Positions 28,255 through 37,418 are shown, counted from the stretch's first letter. The stretch is 64,000 bases of DNA from Vicinamibacterales bacterium (GCA_035463475.1 DATHTE010000133.1:3056-67055); one strand, 5' to 3'. Notes: generated by a model from the sequence alone, not told the origin. A program made the numbers and translations.

Positions 28255-29535
28255 ATGGCCGCAGGGTCCAGCGCGACGTACGAATTCGGGCCGTTCCGGC
28301 TAGAGGTGGGTGAACGCCGGCTGTCGTGTGAGGGGCGCGTCGTGCCGCTGCGGACGAAGGTCTTCGACACGCTCTGCGTGCTGGTGGAGCACTCGGGACG
28401 ACTGCTCACGAAGCATGAGCTGATGCTGAGCATCTGGCCCGACGCCTCCGTCGAGGAGAACAACCTCAACCACAACATCTCAACGCTGCGGCGCGCGTTG
28501 GGAGAGCAGGCGACGGGGCAGAAGTATATCGAAACCGTGCCGCGCGTCGGATACCGGTTTGTTGCCGACGTGTCATATGCCAATGGGGGGGCCGCGGCCC
28601 TGGCTCCAGCGCCCCCGGCGGCCCCCGCCCGCAGCCTGCGCCAGGAGATCCGCCTCTGCACGGCGAAGGACGGTACCCGGATCGCCTACTCGACGGTGGG
28701 AACCGGGCCGCCGCTCGTCAAGGCCGCCAACTGGCTCAACCATCTCGAATACGAGTGGGAGAGCCCGGTGTGGAAGCACTGGACCGACGCGATCACCCTA
28801 CACCACACGTTCGTGCGCTACGACGAACGCGGGTGCGGGCTTTCCGACTGGCGCGTCCAGGACCTTTCCTTCGAGTCGTTCGTTCACGATCTCGAGACGG
28901 TCGTGGACGCGCTGGGCGTCGAGCGGTTCGATCTCCTGGGCATCTCGCAAGGGGGCGCCGTGGCGGCCGCGTATGCCGCGCGTCATCCCGAGCGGATCGG
29001 GCGCTTGATCCTGTGCGGCGCGTACGCGTGCGGGTGGAAGGTCCGCGGCGACCTTCGAGAGATCGAAGGACGGACGGCGCTGATCAAGCTCGTTCGGCTG
29101 GACTGGGGACAGAACAACCCGGCGTTCCGCCAGGTGTTCACGACGCGGTTCATCCCGGACGCGGGACCGGAGCAGATGGAGTGGTTCAACGAGCTTCAGC
29201 ACATCTCCGCCTCTCCGGAAAACGCCGCGCGGCTGATGGAGGAGTTCTCGCGGATCGACGTGCGGGCGCTGCTCGGCGGCGTCAAGGCGCCAACCATCGT
29301 TCTCCACAGCGAGGGAGACGCCGCGATCCCGTTCGACGAGGGACGGCAGCTCGCGGCCGGCATCAGCGGGGCGCGATTCGTGCCGCTGCCGAGCCGCAAT
29401 CATCTCGTGCTGGAACACGAGCGCGCCTGGCCAATCCTGCTCCGGGAGCTTGGCGAGTTCCTGGGATGGGAAGTACAGGAGCGCGCCGGGACCGCACGGC
29501 TGCAGAGATCGCAGGCGACCGCACATGGCGTTTGA
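28255..29535 (+). CDS. Winged-helix (OmpR/CadC-type) DNA-binding domain fused to an alpha/beta hydrolase fold
   Basis: N-terminus YEFGPFRLEVGERRLSCEGRVVPLRTKVFDTLCVLVEH...LRRALGEQATGQKYIETVPRVGYRF is a trans_reg_C-type domain. The C-terminal half carries GISQGG (nucleophile elbow GxSxG) and a distal H. Confidence 0.8.
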   Translation: MAAGSSATYEFGPFRLEVGERRLSCEGRVVPLRTKVFDTLCVLVEHSGRLLTKHELMLSIWPDASVEENNLNHNISTLRRALGEQATGQKYIETVPRVGYRFVADVSYANGGAAALAPAPPAAPARSLRQEIRLCTAKDGTRIAYSTVGTGPPLVKAANWLNHLEYEWESPVWKHWTDAITLHHTFVRYDERGCGLSDWRVQDLSFESFVHDLETVVDALGVERFDLLGISQGGAVAAAYAARHPERIGRLILCGAYACGWKVRGDLREIEGRTALIKLVRLDWGQNNPAFRQVFTTRFIPDAGPEQMEWFNELQHISASPENAARLMEEFSRIDVRALLGGVKAPTIVLHSEGDAAIPFDEGRQLAAGISGARFVPLPSRNHLVLEHERAWPILLRELGEFLGWEVQERAGTARLQRSQATAHGV

Positions 29536-31966
29536 GCAAGAGTGGAACGACCTGAGGCTGGCGGCGCGCGGCCTGTGGCGCGCGCGCGGCTTCAGCCTCG
29601 CGGCCGTGCTGACGCTCGCCTGCGCAATCGCGGGCACGACCGCGATGTTCGCGATTGTCGAAGGCGTGTTGCTGCGGCCGCTGCCCGTGCGCGAACAGGA
29701 CGGTCTGCTCGTCGCCTGGAAGGAGCTGCGATCCTCCGGCTTCGCGCACTACCCGTTCGGCGCCGACGAGATCGACGCGGTCTCCCGGGCGAGCCAGCTC
29801 CTGGCGAACGTCGCGGGCGTGACCAGCAACGGTGCGGGACGCTCGGTCATCGTCGAGGACGGCAGCGCAGGGTACGTGAAGGTGGCCCTGGTCACCGGCG
29901 GGTTCTTCGAGGTCCTCGGGATCGACGCGGTCCGCGGCCGCGCGATCACGCGCTCTGACGACCGGGAAGGCGCCGAGAACGTGCTGGTGATCAGCCACGG
30001 GCTCTGGCAGCGCCGCTACGGCGGAGCGGCCAGCGTCATCGGGCGCAGGGTGCAGCTCGCCGAGCAACCCTTCACGATTGTCGGCGTGATACCGCCGGAC
30101 ATCGACTATCCGAGGGGCGTCGAAGCGTGGAGGACGACCCGGTCGGTCCCGGTCGGCGGACCGTTCGGCGATGCGGCACGGCGGGAGATCGATTTGGTCG
30201 CAAGGCTCCGCCCCGGTGTCGCGCTCGAGCAGGCCGCCGGCGAACTCACTGCCCTGACGCGGCGGTTCGAGGCGGATGCGCCGCCAAACCTGCCGCGCGG
30301 CCTCGTCCCCGTGGTTCGTTCGTTCGAAGAGGTCGTTGTGGGCGACATGCGCCCTGCGATCGTCGCGCTCGTGGCGTCGGTCGGCCTCGTGCTGCTCATC
30401 GCGAGCGCCAACGTCGCCAACCTGCTGCTGATGCGCGGAGAGGCGCGCCGGTCGGAGCTGGCGCTGCGGGCGGCGCTGGGCGCCGGACGCGGCCGAATCG
30501 TACGCCACGTGCTGGCGGAGAGCCTGGTGCTCGCGCTTGCGGCCGCCGTCGTGGCCCTCGCGGCGACGTGGTGGAGCCTCGATGCAGCGATCGCGCTGAT
30601 TCCCCAGGGCCTGCCCCGCATCGAGTCGGTGCGTGTGGACGCGACCGTCTTTCTGTTCACCATGGCCACGGCGTTTCTCACCGCGCTGCTGTCAGGCTTG
30701 GCCCCGGCCGCATCGTCGATGCGCCGCGATCTGGTGCTCCAGCTGAGACGCGGCGGACCGGGAGTCGCGGGCGCGCCGGTTCGCCGTGTCCGACGCTCGC
30801 TTGTCGTGGTCCAGGTCGCCCTGGCCGTGGCGGTCGTTGCGGGCGCCGGCCTGCTGGCGCGGAGTCTTCTCCGGCTGCAGTCCATCGATACAGGTCTCGC
30901 TGCCGACCGCCTCGTGTTCGTCGATCTCGCGGTACCACCGGCGAAGTACAAGGATCGGGTCCGGCACGCGAACTTTCTCGACGAGGTCATGTCCCGGCTC
31001 GAAGCCATGCCGAGCATCGCGGCGGCGACTCCAGTGAACGTTCCTCCGTTCTCGGTGGAGGGGGGCTGGGACGTGCCGAGGTTCGCGGCGGAAGGACAGG
31101 GCGCCGATCGGGCCGCCAGGAACCCCGCGCTCAATCTCGAGTCGGTCCATCCGAACTACTTCGAGACGTTCGAGGTGACGGTCGTGCGCGGGCGCGCTTT
31201 CACGAGCGCGGATCGCGAGGGGATGCCCGCGGTGGCGATCGTCAGCCAGGATGTGGCGACGGCGACGTGGCCCGGCGAGGATCCGATCGGTAAACGGCTA
31301 AAGATGGGCGGCGCGGATTCGCGCGCGCCCTGGTACACCATCGTCGGCGTCGCTGCTCCGACACGTTACCGCGAGCTCGACAAGCCGCGGCCGACGCTCT
31401 ATCTGCCCGCCGCGCAGTTCCAGATGACGGCGCGGATGCTCGTGCTCCGAACGAGCGCAACGGTCGATCGCATCGCGTCGCTGGCACGCGACGCTGTTCG
31501 AAGCGTGGACGCTGACGTGCAGGTGGTGCGGGTCACGCCGTTCGCGGAGATGCTCGCCGTACCCCTGGCGCGTGCCCGGTTCAACGCGCTCCTCCTGACG
31601 ACGTTCGCCGTGACGGCGCTGCTGCTCGCCGGCATAGGCCTGTATGCGGTGATGGCGGCGCACGTCAGGCAACGGGAACGCGAGCTGGCGATCCGACTTG
31701 CTCTCGGCGCGACCGGCGCGCGGCTGCGGCGTCTGGTGCTCGGCGAGGCCCTGCGGCTCGCCGGCGCCGGTGTGATCGCCGGCCTGGCGGGCGCGGCAGC
31801 GGCGACACAACTGCTGCGTGGACTGCTGTTCGGCGTGCACCCGCTCGATCCCGCGTCCCTCGCGGGCGCCGCACTGCTGCTGGTGACAGTCTCCGCGGCG
31901 GCCGCGTCGATTCCGGCCTGGAGCGCGACGCGGCGGGATCCCGCGGCGGCGCTGCGCGCTGATTGA
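29525..31966 (+). CDS. Duplicated FtsX/MacB-type ABC permease without adjacent ATPase (ADOP-type)
   Basis: The ATG at 29525 gives MAFEQEWNDLRLAARGLWRARGFSLAAVLTLACAIAGTTAMFAIVEGVLLRPLP. There are two MacB-periplasmic plus FtsX 4-TM halves in about 813 aa. No ABC ATPase gene is nearby. It overlaps the upstream regulator gene by 11 bp. Confidence 0.85.
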   Translation: MAFEQEWNDLRLAARGLWRARGFSLAAVLTLACAIAGTTAMFAIVEGVLLRPLPVREQDGLLVAWKELRSSGFAHYPFGADEIDAVSRASQLLANVAGVTSNGAGRSVIVEDGSAGYVKVALVTGGFFEVLGIDAVRGRAITRSDDREGAENVLVISHGLWQRRYGGAASVIGRRVQLAEQPFTIVGVIPPDIDYPRGVEAWRTTRSVPVGGPFGDAARREIDLVARLRPGVALEQAAGELTALTRRFEADAPPNLPRGLVPVVRSFEEVVVGDMRPAIVALVASVGLVLLIASANVANLLLMRGEARRSELALRAALGAGRGRIVRHVLAESLVLALAAAVVALAATWWSLDAAIALIPQGLPRIESVRVDATVFLFTMATAFLTALLSGLAPAASSMRRDLVLQLRRGGPGVAGAPVRRVRRSLVVVQVALAVAVVAGAGLLARSLLRLQSIDTGLAADRLVFVDLAVPPAKYKDRVRHANFLDEVMSRLEAMPSIAAATPVNVPPFSVEGGWDVPRFAAEGQGADRAARNPALNLESVHPNYFETFEVTVVRGRAFTSADREGMPAVAIVSQDVATATWPGEDPIGKRLKMGGADSRAPWYTIVGVAAPTRYRELDKPRPTLYLPAAQFQMTARMLVLRTSATVDRIASLARDAVRSVDADVQVVRVTPFAEMLAVPLARARFNALLLTTFAVTALLLAGIGLYAVMAAHVRQRERELAIRLALGATGARLRRLVLGEALRLAGAGVIAGLAGAAAATQLLRGLLFGVHPLDPASLAGAALLLVTVSAAAASIPAWSATRRDPAAALRAD

Positions 31967-31976
31967 GCGGCGCGCC

Positions 31977-32009
31977 AACCCGAAGCGCGCTGGTGTTGAC
32001 GCAGGTACG
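31977..32009 (+). repeat. Copy A of the 30-bp intergenic repeat, upstream of the peroxiredoxin gene
   Basis: AACCCGAAGCGCGCTGGTGTTGACGCAGGTACG. It contains the palindrome AGCGCGCT and a TTGACG hexamer. Confidence 0.9.
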
Positions 32010-32070
32010 TTTGACGAATGTTACTCACGCCGCTAGAGTGTTCGCTTCTTTTCTGTGAGGAGGTACGCAG

Positions 32071-32772
32071 ATGGCCCTACACATTGGTGAGGTCGCGCCG
32101 GATTTCGAGGCGGACACCACCCACGGCCGGATCCGGTTCCACGATTGGATTGGCGACAGCTGGGCGGTGCTGTTTTCCCACCCGAAGGACTTCACTCCGG
32201 TCTGCACGACCGAGCTCGGTTACATGGCGAAGCTCAAGCCGGAGTTCGACAGGCGGAACGTCAAGATCATCGGGTTGAGCGTCGATCCGGTCGAGAACCA
32301 CGGGCGGTGGGCGAACGACATCGAGGAGACACAGGGGTACGCGCCGAACTACCCGATGATCGGCGACACGGACCTGAAGGTGTCCAAGCTCTACGGCATG
32401 CTCCCCGCGACCCTGGAAGGCAGTTGCGACGGCAGGACCGCGGCGGACAACCAGACGGTGCGCAACGTTTTCGTGATCGGCCCGGACAAGAAGGTGAAGC
32501 TGATCATCGTGTACCCGATGACGACCGGCCGGAACTTCGATGAAGTGCTGCGCGTGATCGATTCGCTGCAGCTCACCGCGGCACACAAGGTGTCCACGCC
32601 GGTGAACTGGAAGCCGGGCGAGGACGTGATCATCGCCGGCTCGGTGAGCGACGAAGAGGCGAAGAAGATCTTCCCTGCCGGCTGGAAGGCCCCGCGTCCG
32701 TACCTGCGGATCGTCGCGCAGCCGCTGAACGCGCCGATCGATGAGGGGACGGCCAAGCCCGCGACGACGTGA
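32071..32772 (+). CDS. 1-Cys peroxiredoxin (Prx6-type)
   Basis: GAGGAGG lies 7 nt upstream of the ATG. MALHIGEVAPDFEADTTHGRIRFHDWIGDSWAVLFSHPKDFTPVCTTELG contains the PVCTTE peroxidatic-cysteine motif. 233 aa. Confidence 0.92.
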   Translation: MALHIGEVAPDFEADTTHGRIRFHDWIGDSWAVLFSHPKDFTPVCTTELGYMAKLKPEFDRRNVKIIGLSVDPVENHGRWANDIEETQGYAPNYPMIGDTDLKVSKLYGMLPATLEGSCDGRTAADNQTVRNVFVIGPDKKVKLIIVYPMTTGRNFDEVLRVIDSLQLTAAHKVSTPVNWKPGEDVIIAGSVSDEEAKKIFPAGWKAPRPYLRIVAQPLNAPIDEGTAKPATT

Positions 32773-32886
32773 GATAGGCCGGAATCGTATTCTCGACATA
32801 CGCCTCCGAAGGGGGTGAGCTCATTCGACGCCGGGCCGGGCTTTGAACCGCTCGGCGTCTCCTTCTCCTATACTGGTCCCAACCTC

Positions 32887-34695
32887 ATGCAGCTTGCGCC
32901 GATCGACTGGGCGATTGTCGCGCTGTCCGTCGCCGCCTCGTTCGCCCCCGCGATCTTCCTCGCCCGCCGAGCTGGATCGAACACCGCGGAGTTCTTCACC
33001 TCGGGCCGCGCCGCACCCTGGTGGCTGATCGGCGTCTCGATGGTCGCCACCACCTTCAGCACCGACACGCCGAACCTCGTGACGAACCTGGTGCGTGAGA
33101 ACGGCGTCGCGCAGAACTGGGCGTGGTGGGCGTTCCTGTTGACGGGCATGACGACGGTCTTCTTCTACGCGCGGCTGTGGCGCCGCTCGCGCGTGCTGAC
33201 CGACCTCGAGTTCTACGAGCTGCGCTACTCGGGGCGTCCCGCCTCGATCGTCCGCGGCTTCCGCGCCGTGTACCTCGGGCTCTTCTTCAACTGCGTGATC
33301 ATGGCGGCGGTCAACCTCGCCGCGGCCAAAATCGCGAACGTGCTCTTCGCCTGGCCGATGGCCGAGACGCTGGTCGGCTGCGCGATCCTGAACGTCGCGT
33401 TCGCTGCCACCGCCGGGCTCTGGGGCGTGATGGTGACCGACTTCATCCAGTTCGGCATCGCCATGACCGGCTCGATCGCGGCGGCGTGGTATGCGCTGGA
33501 TCACCCGCAGGTCGGCGGGCTGACGGGCCTGCTCGAGCGCGTGCCGGCGCGGACGCTCGCGCTCGTCCCCGACTTCGGGGATTGGGGGCTCACCGTCTCC
33601 ATCCTGATCGTTCCGCTGACTGTGCAGTGGTGGTCGGTATGGTATCCGGGAGCGGAGCCAGGAGGCGGCAGCTACATCGCGCAGCGCATGCTCGCGTCGC
33701 GCAGCGAGCGCGACGCGCTCGCGGGAACGTTTCTCTTCAACTGCGCGCACTACGCGCTGCGCCCCTGGCCCTGGATCCTGGTCGCGCTCTCGTCGATGCT
33801 GGTCTTCCCGGACCTGGACGACATCGCGCGCGCGTTCCCGTGGGTGGATCGCGGGCTGATCGGCCACGACATGGCGTACCCCGCGATGCTGACGTTCCTG
33901 CCGCACGGCCTGATGGGCGTCACCGTGGCCGGTCTCCTCGCCGCGTACGTCTCGACCTTGTCCACGCACCTCAACTGGGGCGCGTCGTACCTCGTGCACG
34001 ACGCCTATCGACGGTTCGTCCGGCCGGGCGCGCCGGAACGGCACTACGTGGCGATGGGACGGATCGCCACCGCGGCCCTGATGCTGCTCGCGACGCTGCT
34101 GACGTTCGTCCTGGACACCGCGCGGCAGGCATTCGAGTTGCTGTTGTCTGTCGGCGCCGGCACGGGGCTGATCTACCTGCTGCGCTGGTTCTGGTGGCGC
34201 ATCAACGCGTGGAGCGAGATCGCGGCGATGATCTCCTCGTTCCTCGTCGCGGCGGGGTTCGCGATCGCCGCGCGCGCCGGCGCCGGCGTGCCGTCGCATG
34301 TCGCGCTCATGAGCACGGTCGCCGTCACCACCGCGGTCTGGATCGCCGTGACGTACCTGACGCCGCCGACCGACGCGCGCACGCTCCTCGCCTTTTACGA
34401 GCGGGTGCGCCCGTCGGGTCCGGGCTGGGAGCCGGTCCGGCGGCTGGCACGCAACAACGCCCGTGACGATGCGCCGTCGCCCGCGACCGAAGCGGACGGC
34501 GGCGGCAGCCTCGCCGATGCGGCGCTCGCGAGCGTACTCGGCTGCGCGTTCGTGTACGCCGCGCTGTTCGGCACGGGCAGCGCGCTCTACGGGAAATGGC
34601 CGCAGGCCGCGCTGTGGGCGGTCGTGTTCGCGGCGAGCGGCGCGGTGCTCCGGCGCGTCGTGCGGCGGAGCGGGGGCGGGCAGGCGTCCGCCTGA
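32887..34695 (+). CDS. Sodium:solute symporter (SSS) family transporter
   Basis: The ATG at 32887 gives MQLAPIDWAIVALSVAASFAPAIFLARRAGSNTAEFFTSGRAAPWWLIGVSMVATTFSTDTP. About 13-14 hydrophobic segments over about 600 aa. Confidence 0.85.
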   Translation: MQLAPIDWAIVALSVAASFAPAIFLARRAGSNTAEFFTSGRAAPWWLIGVSMVATTFSTDTPNLVTNLVRENGVAQNWAWWAFLLTGMTTVFFYARLWRRSRVLTDLEFYELRYSGRPASIVRGFRAVYLGLFFNCVIMAAVNLAAAKIANVLFAWPMAETLVGCAILNVAFAATAGLWGVMVTDFIQFGIAMTGSIAAAWYALDHPQVGGLTGLLERVPARTLALVPDFGDWGLTVSILIVPLTVQWWSVWYPGAEPGGGSYIAQRMLASRSERDALAGTFLFNCAHYALRPWPWILVALSSMLVFPDLDDIARAFPWVDRGLIGHDMAYPAMLTFLPHGLMGVTVAGLLAAYVSTLSTHLNWGASYLVHDAYRRFVRPGAPERHYVAMGRIATAALMLLATLLTFVLDTARQAFELLLSVGAGTGLIYLLRWFWWRINAWSEIAAMISSFLVAAGFAIAARAGAGVPSHVALMSTVAVTTAVWIAVTYLTPPTDARTLLAFYERVRPSGPGWEPVRRLARNNARDDAPSPATEADGGGSLADAALASVLGCAFVYAALFGTGSALYGKWPQAALWAVVFAASGAVLRRVVRRSGGGQASA

Positions 34696-34732
34696 AGGCG
34701 GATACTGTGGAGTCGTCCGCCTGAAGGCGGAC
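34686..34732 (+). terminator. Two tandem GTCCGCC-TGAA-GGCGGA(T/C) hairpins (the first encloses the SSS stop codon)
   Basis: GTCCGCCTGAAGGCGGAT at 34686-34703 and GTCCGCCTGAAGGCGGAC at 34715-34732. Each has a 7-bp stem and a 4-nt loop. They are located in the 49-bp gap before the kinase gene. Confidence 0.55.
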
Positions 34733-34744
34733 ACGGCGGCAACA

Positions 34745-35944
34745 ATGCGACGACGGGCGTGGTTCGTGCCGGGGCGGATCGAGGTGCTGGGGAAACACAC
34801 GGACTATGCCGGCGGGCGAAGCCTGCTCTGCGCCATCGACCGGGGGTTCCGCATCGAGGCCGCGCCGCGGGACGACTCGATTGTCACCGTGACGGATCGG
34901 CGCGGCGGCGCGTCGATTGCCCTGCCGATCGATCCGCAGCTGCCCCCGGCGCCCGGCGACTGGCCGCACTACGCTCGAACGGTCGTGCGCCGGTTCGCGC
35001 GCGACTTCCCTTCGGCACGCCGCGGCGCCGATCTGATCTTCGAGAGCGATCTGCCGGCGGCCGCCGGCCTGAGCAGCTCGAGCGCGTTCATCGTATCGGT
35101 CTTTCTCGCGCTCGCCGGACTGAACGATCTCAGCCACGACAAGGCATACACGGAATCGATCCGGACCCTCGAAGACCTCGCGACCTACCTCTCGGCCGTC
35201 GAGAACGGCTCCGCCTTCGGGCCGCTCAGAGCCGATGAAGGGGTCGGCACCGCGGGCGGGTCGGAGGATCACACGGCGATGCTGTGCTGTCGTGAAGGGC
35301 GCGTGAGCCAGTTTCGCTTCTACCCCACGCGCTTCGAGCGGTCGATCGAGCTGCCGGAGCGCTACACGTTCGCGGTAGCGGCGAGCGGGGTGGCGGCGGA
35401 AAAGGCGGGCGCCGCGCGCGAGCCGTACAATCGCGCCGCGCACCTCGCGAAGCTCGTGCTCGAGGCGTGGCACGCTGCAGCCGGCAGCGCGGACGCGTCG
35501 CTCGGAGACGCGGTGCGGAGCACGCCAGATGCGCCCGAGCAGATCCGCCGCGTGCTCACGAGACCTGAGTTAATCGACCGGTTCGAGCAGTTCGTCGAGG
35601 AGAGCGAGTCGATCGTGCCGGCCGCGGGGGACGCGCTCGCGGACGGGCGGCTCGAGGAGTTCGGCCGTATCGTCGATCGCTCGCAGCACCTCGCGGAGCA
35701 GAAGCTCCGCAACCAGGTGCCGGAAACGGTCGCGCTTGCGATCGCCGCGCGCGAGAACGGCGCGCTGGCGGCGTCCTCGTTCGGCGCCGGGTTCGGCGGC
35801 GCCGTGTGGGCGCTCGTCGAGGCCGCAAACGCCGGACCGTTCCTCGCCGGCTGGCTTGAGGCGTACCGGCGGCAGTTCGGTGACGCCGCTGCTCGCGCCG
35901 AGTTCTTCGTGTCGCGGCCCGGGCACGCGGCCAGGGAGATCTAG
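34745..35944 (+). CDS. GHMP-family sugar kinase (galactokinase-like)
   Basis: The ATG at 34745 gives MRRRAWFVPGRIEVLGKHTDYAGGRSLLCAID, similar to the galactokinase signature GRxNLIGEHxDY. The GHMP motif LPAAAGLSSSSAF is present. Confidence 0.8.
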   Translation: MRRRAWFVPGRIEVLGKHTDYAGGRSLLCAIDRGFRIEAAPRDDSIVTVTDRRGGASIALPIDPQLPPAPGDWPHYARTVVRRFARDFPSARRGADLIFESDLPAAAGLSSSSAFIVSVFLALAGLNDLSHDKAYTESIRTLEDLATYLSAVENGSAFGPLRADEGVGTAGGSEDHTAMLCCREGRVSQFRFYPTRFERSIELPERYTFAVAASGVAAEKAGAAREPYNRAAHLAKLVLEAWHAAAGSADASLGDAVRSTPDAPEQIRRVLTRPELIDRFEQFVEESESIVPAAGDALADGRLEEFGRIVDRSQHLAEQKLRNQVPETVALAIAARENGALAASSFGAGFGGAVWALVEAANAGPFLAGWLEAYRRQFGDAAARAEFFVSRPGHAAREI

Positions 35945-35947
35945 TTC

Positions 35948-37294
35948 ATGTCGAACAGACGCGAGTTCATGCGGATTACAGGGTCACTTCTGGGCGCCTC
36001 GCTTCTCGGCGGCCGGCGCGCCGACGCGCTCGGCGAGAGTCTCCGTGGGCCGCAACGGACCCTCTCAGCGGAGCCGTTCTCGGCGCCGCCGCTCGCGGAG
36101 GTGCGCATCGGCATGGTCGGCGTCGGCCTGCAGGGCACGAGCCACATCGAGAATCTCCTGCGCGTGCCCGGCGCCCGCGTCACCGCCGTCTGCGACATCG
36201 TCGAGGAGAAGGTGCAGCGCGCGCGAAAGATGGTCGCGGACGCGGGCCAGCCGGAACCGGCGGGCTTCTCGAGAGGGCCGCGCGACTTCGAGCGGCTGTG
36301 CCAGGCGAACGACGTCGATCTCGTCTTCACGTCCACGCCGTGGGAATGGCACGTCCCGGTCTGCCTCGCCGCGATGAAGAACGGCAAGCACGCCGCCACC
36401 GAGGTGCCCGCGGCGATGTCCCTCGACGAGTGCTGGGCGCTCGTCGAAGCGGCCGAGAAACACCGCCGCCACTGCGTGATGATGGAGAACTGCAACTACG
36501 GGCGGTCGGAGCTGATGGTGCTGAACATGGCGCGCCAGGGCCTCTTCGGCGAAATCCTGCACGCCGAGGGAGGCTACCTGCACGATCTGCGCGGGGTGAA
36601 GTTCGAGAACGCGAACGAGGGGCTCTGGCGGCGCGCATGGTCGATGAAGAAGAACGCGAACCTCTACCCGACGCACGGCCTCGGCCCTGTCGCCAACTGC
36701 ATGGACATCAATCGCGGGGACCGGTTCGACTATCTCGTCTCCATGAGCAGCCCGTCGCGCGGCCTGCAGCTGTTCGCGCAGGCGAATTTCCCGGAAGGGG
36801 CGCCGCAGCGCGCGGAGCGCTACGTGCTCGGCGACGTGAACACGTCGATGATTCGAACCGCCAGGGGGCGCTCGATTCTCGTCGTCCACGACACGAACCT
36901 CCCGCGCCCGTACAGCCGCATCAATCTGGTGCAGGGGACGCGCGGGCTGTTCCAGGGCTACCCCGATCGTGTGCACATCGAGGGGCGCAGCCCCGAACAC
37001 ACGTGGGAAGACGCGAAGACGTACCTGACCGAGTTCGATCATCCCTTCTGGAAGAAACTCGAGCGCGACGCCGCCGGCGCGGGCCACGGCGGGATGGATT
37101 ACCTGGAGGACTACCGGCTGATCGAGTGCCTCCGCGAGGGGACCCCGACGGACATGGACGTGTACGACGCCGCCGCGCTGAGCGCGGTCGTCGAGTTGAG
37201 CGAGCGCTCGGTGGCCCGCCGCAGCGAGCCCGTGGAGTTCCCCGACTTCACGCGGGGGCGTTGGAAGGCACGGCCGGCGGGGGGCTACACGTAG
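35948..37294 (+). CDS. Gfo/Idh/MocA-family NAD-dependent oxidoreductase with Tat signal (GH109-like)
   Basis: MSNRREFMRITGSLLGASLLGG is a twin-arginine motif and VRIGMVGVGLQGTSH a Rossmann motif. The size of about 448 aa and this architecture match GH109 alpha-N-acetylgalactosaminidase-like proteins. Confidence 0.75.
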   Translation: MSNRREFMRITGSLLGASLLGGRRADALGESLRGPQRTLSAEPFSAPPLAEVRIGMVGVGLQGTSHIENLLRVPGARVTAVCDIVEEKVQRARKMVADAGQPEPAGFSRGPRDFERLCQANDVDLVFTSTPWEWHVPVCLAAMKNGKHAATEVPAAMSLDECWALVEAAEKHRRHCVMMENCNYGRSELMVLNMARQGLFGEILHAEGGYLHDLRGVKFENANEGLWRRAWSMKKNANLYPTHGLGPVANCMDINRGDRFDYLVSMSSPSRGLQLFAQANFPEGAPQRAERYVLGDVNTSMIRTARGRSILVVHDTNLPRPYSRINLVQGTRGLFQGYPDRVHIEGRSPEHTWEDAKTYLTEFDHPFWKKLERDAAGAGHGGMDYLEDYRLIECLREGTPTDMDVYDAAALSAVVELSERSVARRSEPVEFPDFTRGRWKARPAGGYT

Positions 37295-37418
37295 GCGTCA
37301 CGCGTCAGGGTTTCGCCCTCGCGCGGGATGTTTCGGCGGGCCGAAGCGTTCGGCGTGTTATCCTTCACCGCATCCGCCAAAGCGTTGTGATTCTCGGCCC
37401 CGGAGATGAATCTCCGGA

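Noticed and set aside
31994-32040. TTGACG hexamers upstream of the peroxiredoxin gene as a defined sigma-70 promoter
   Set aside because: No convincing -10 hexamer lies at 16-18 bp spacing (only TGTTAC/TACTCA candidates), and promoter consensus for this lineage is not something I can assume. It is kept only as part of the repeat observation.
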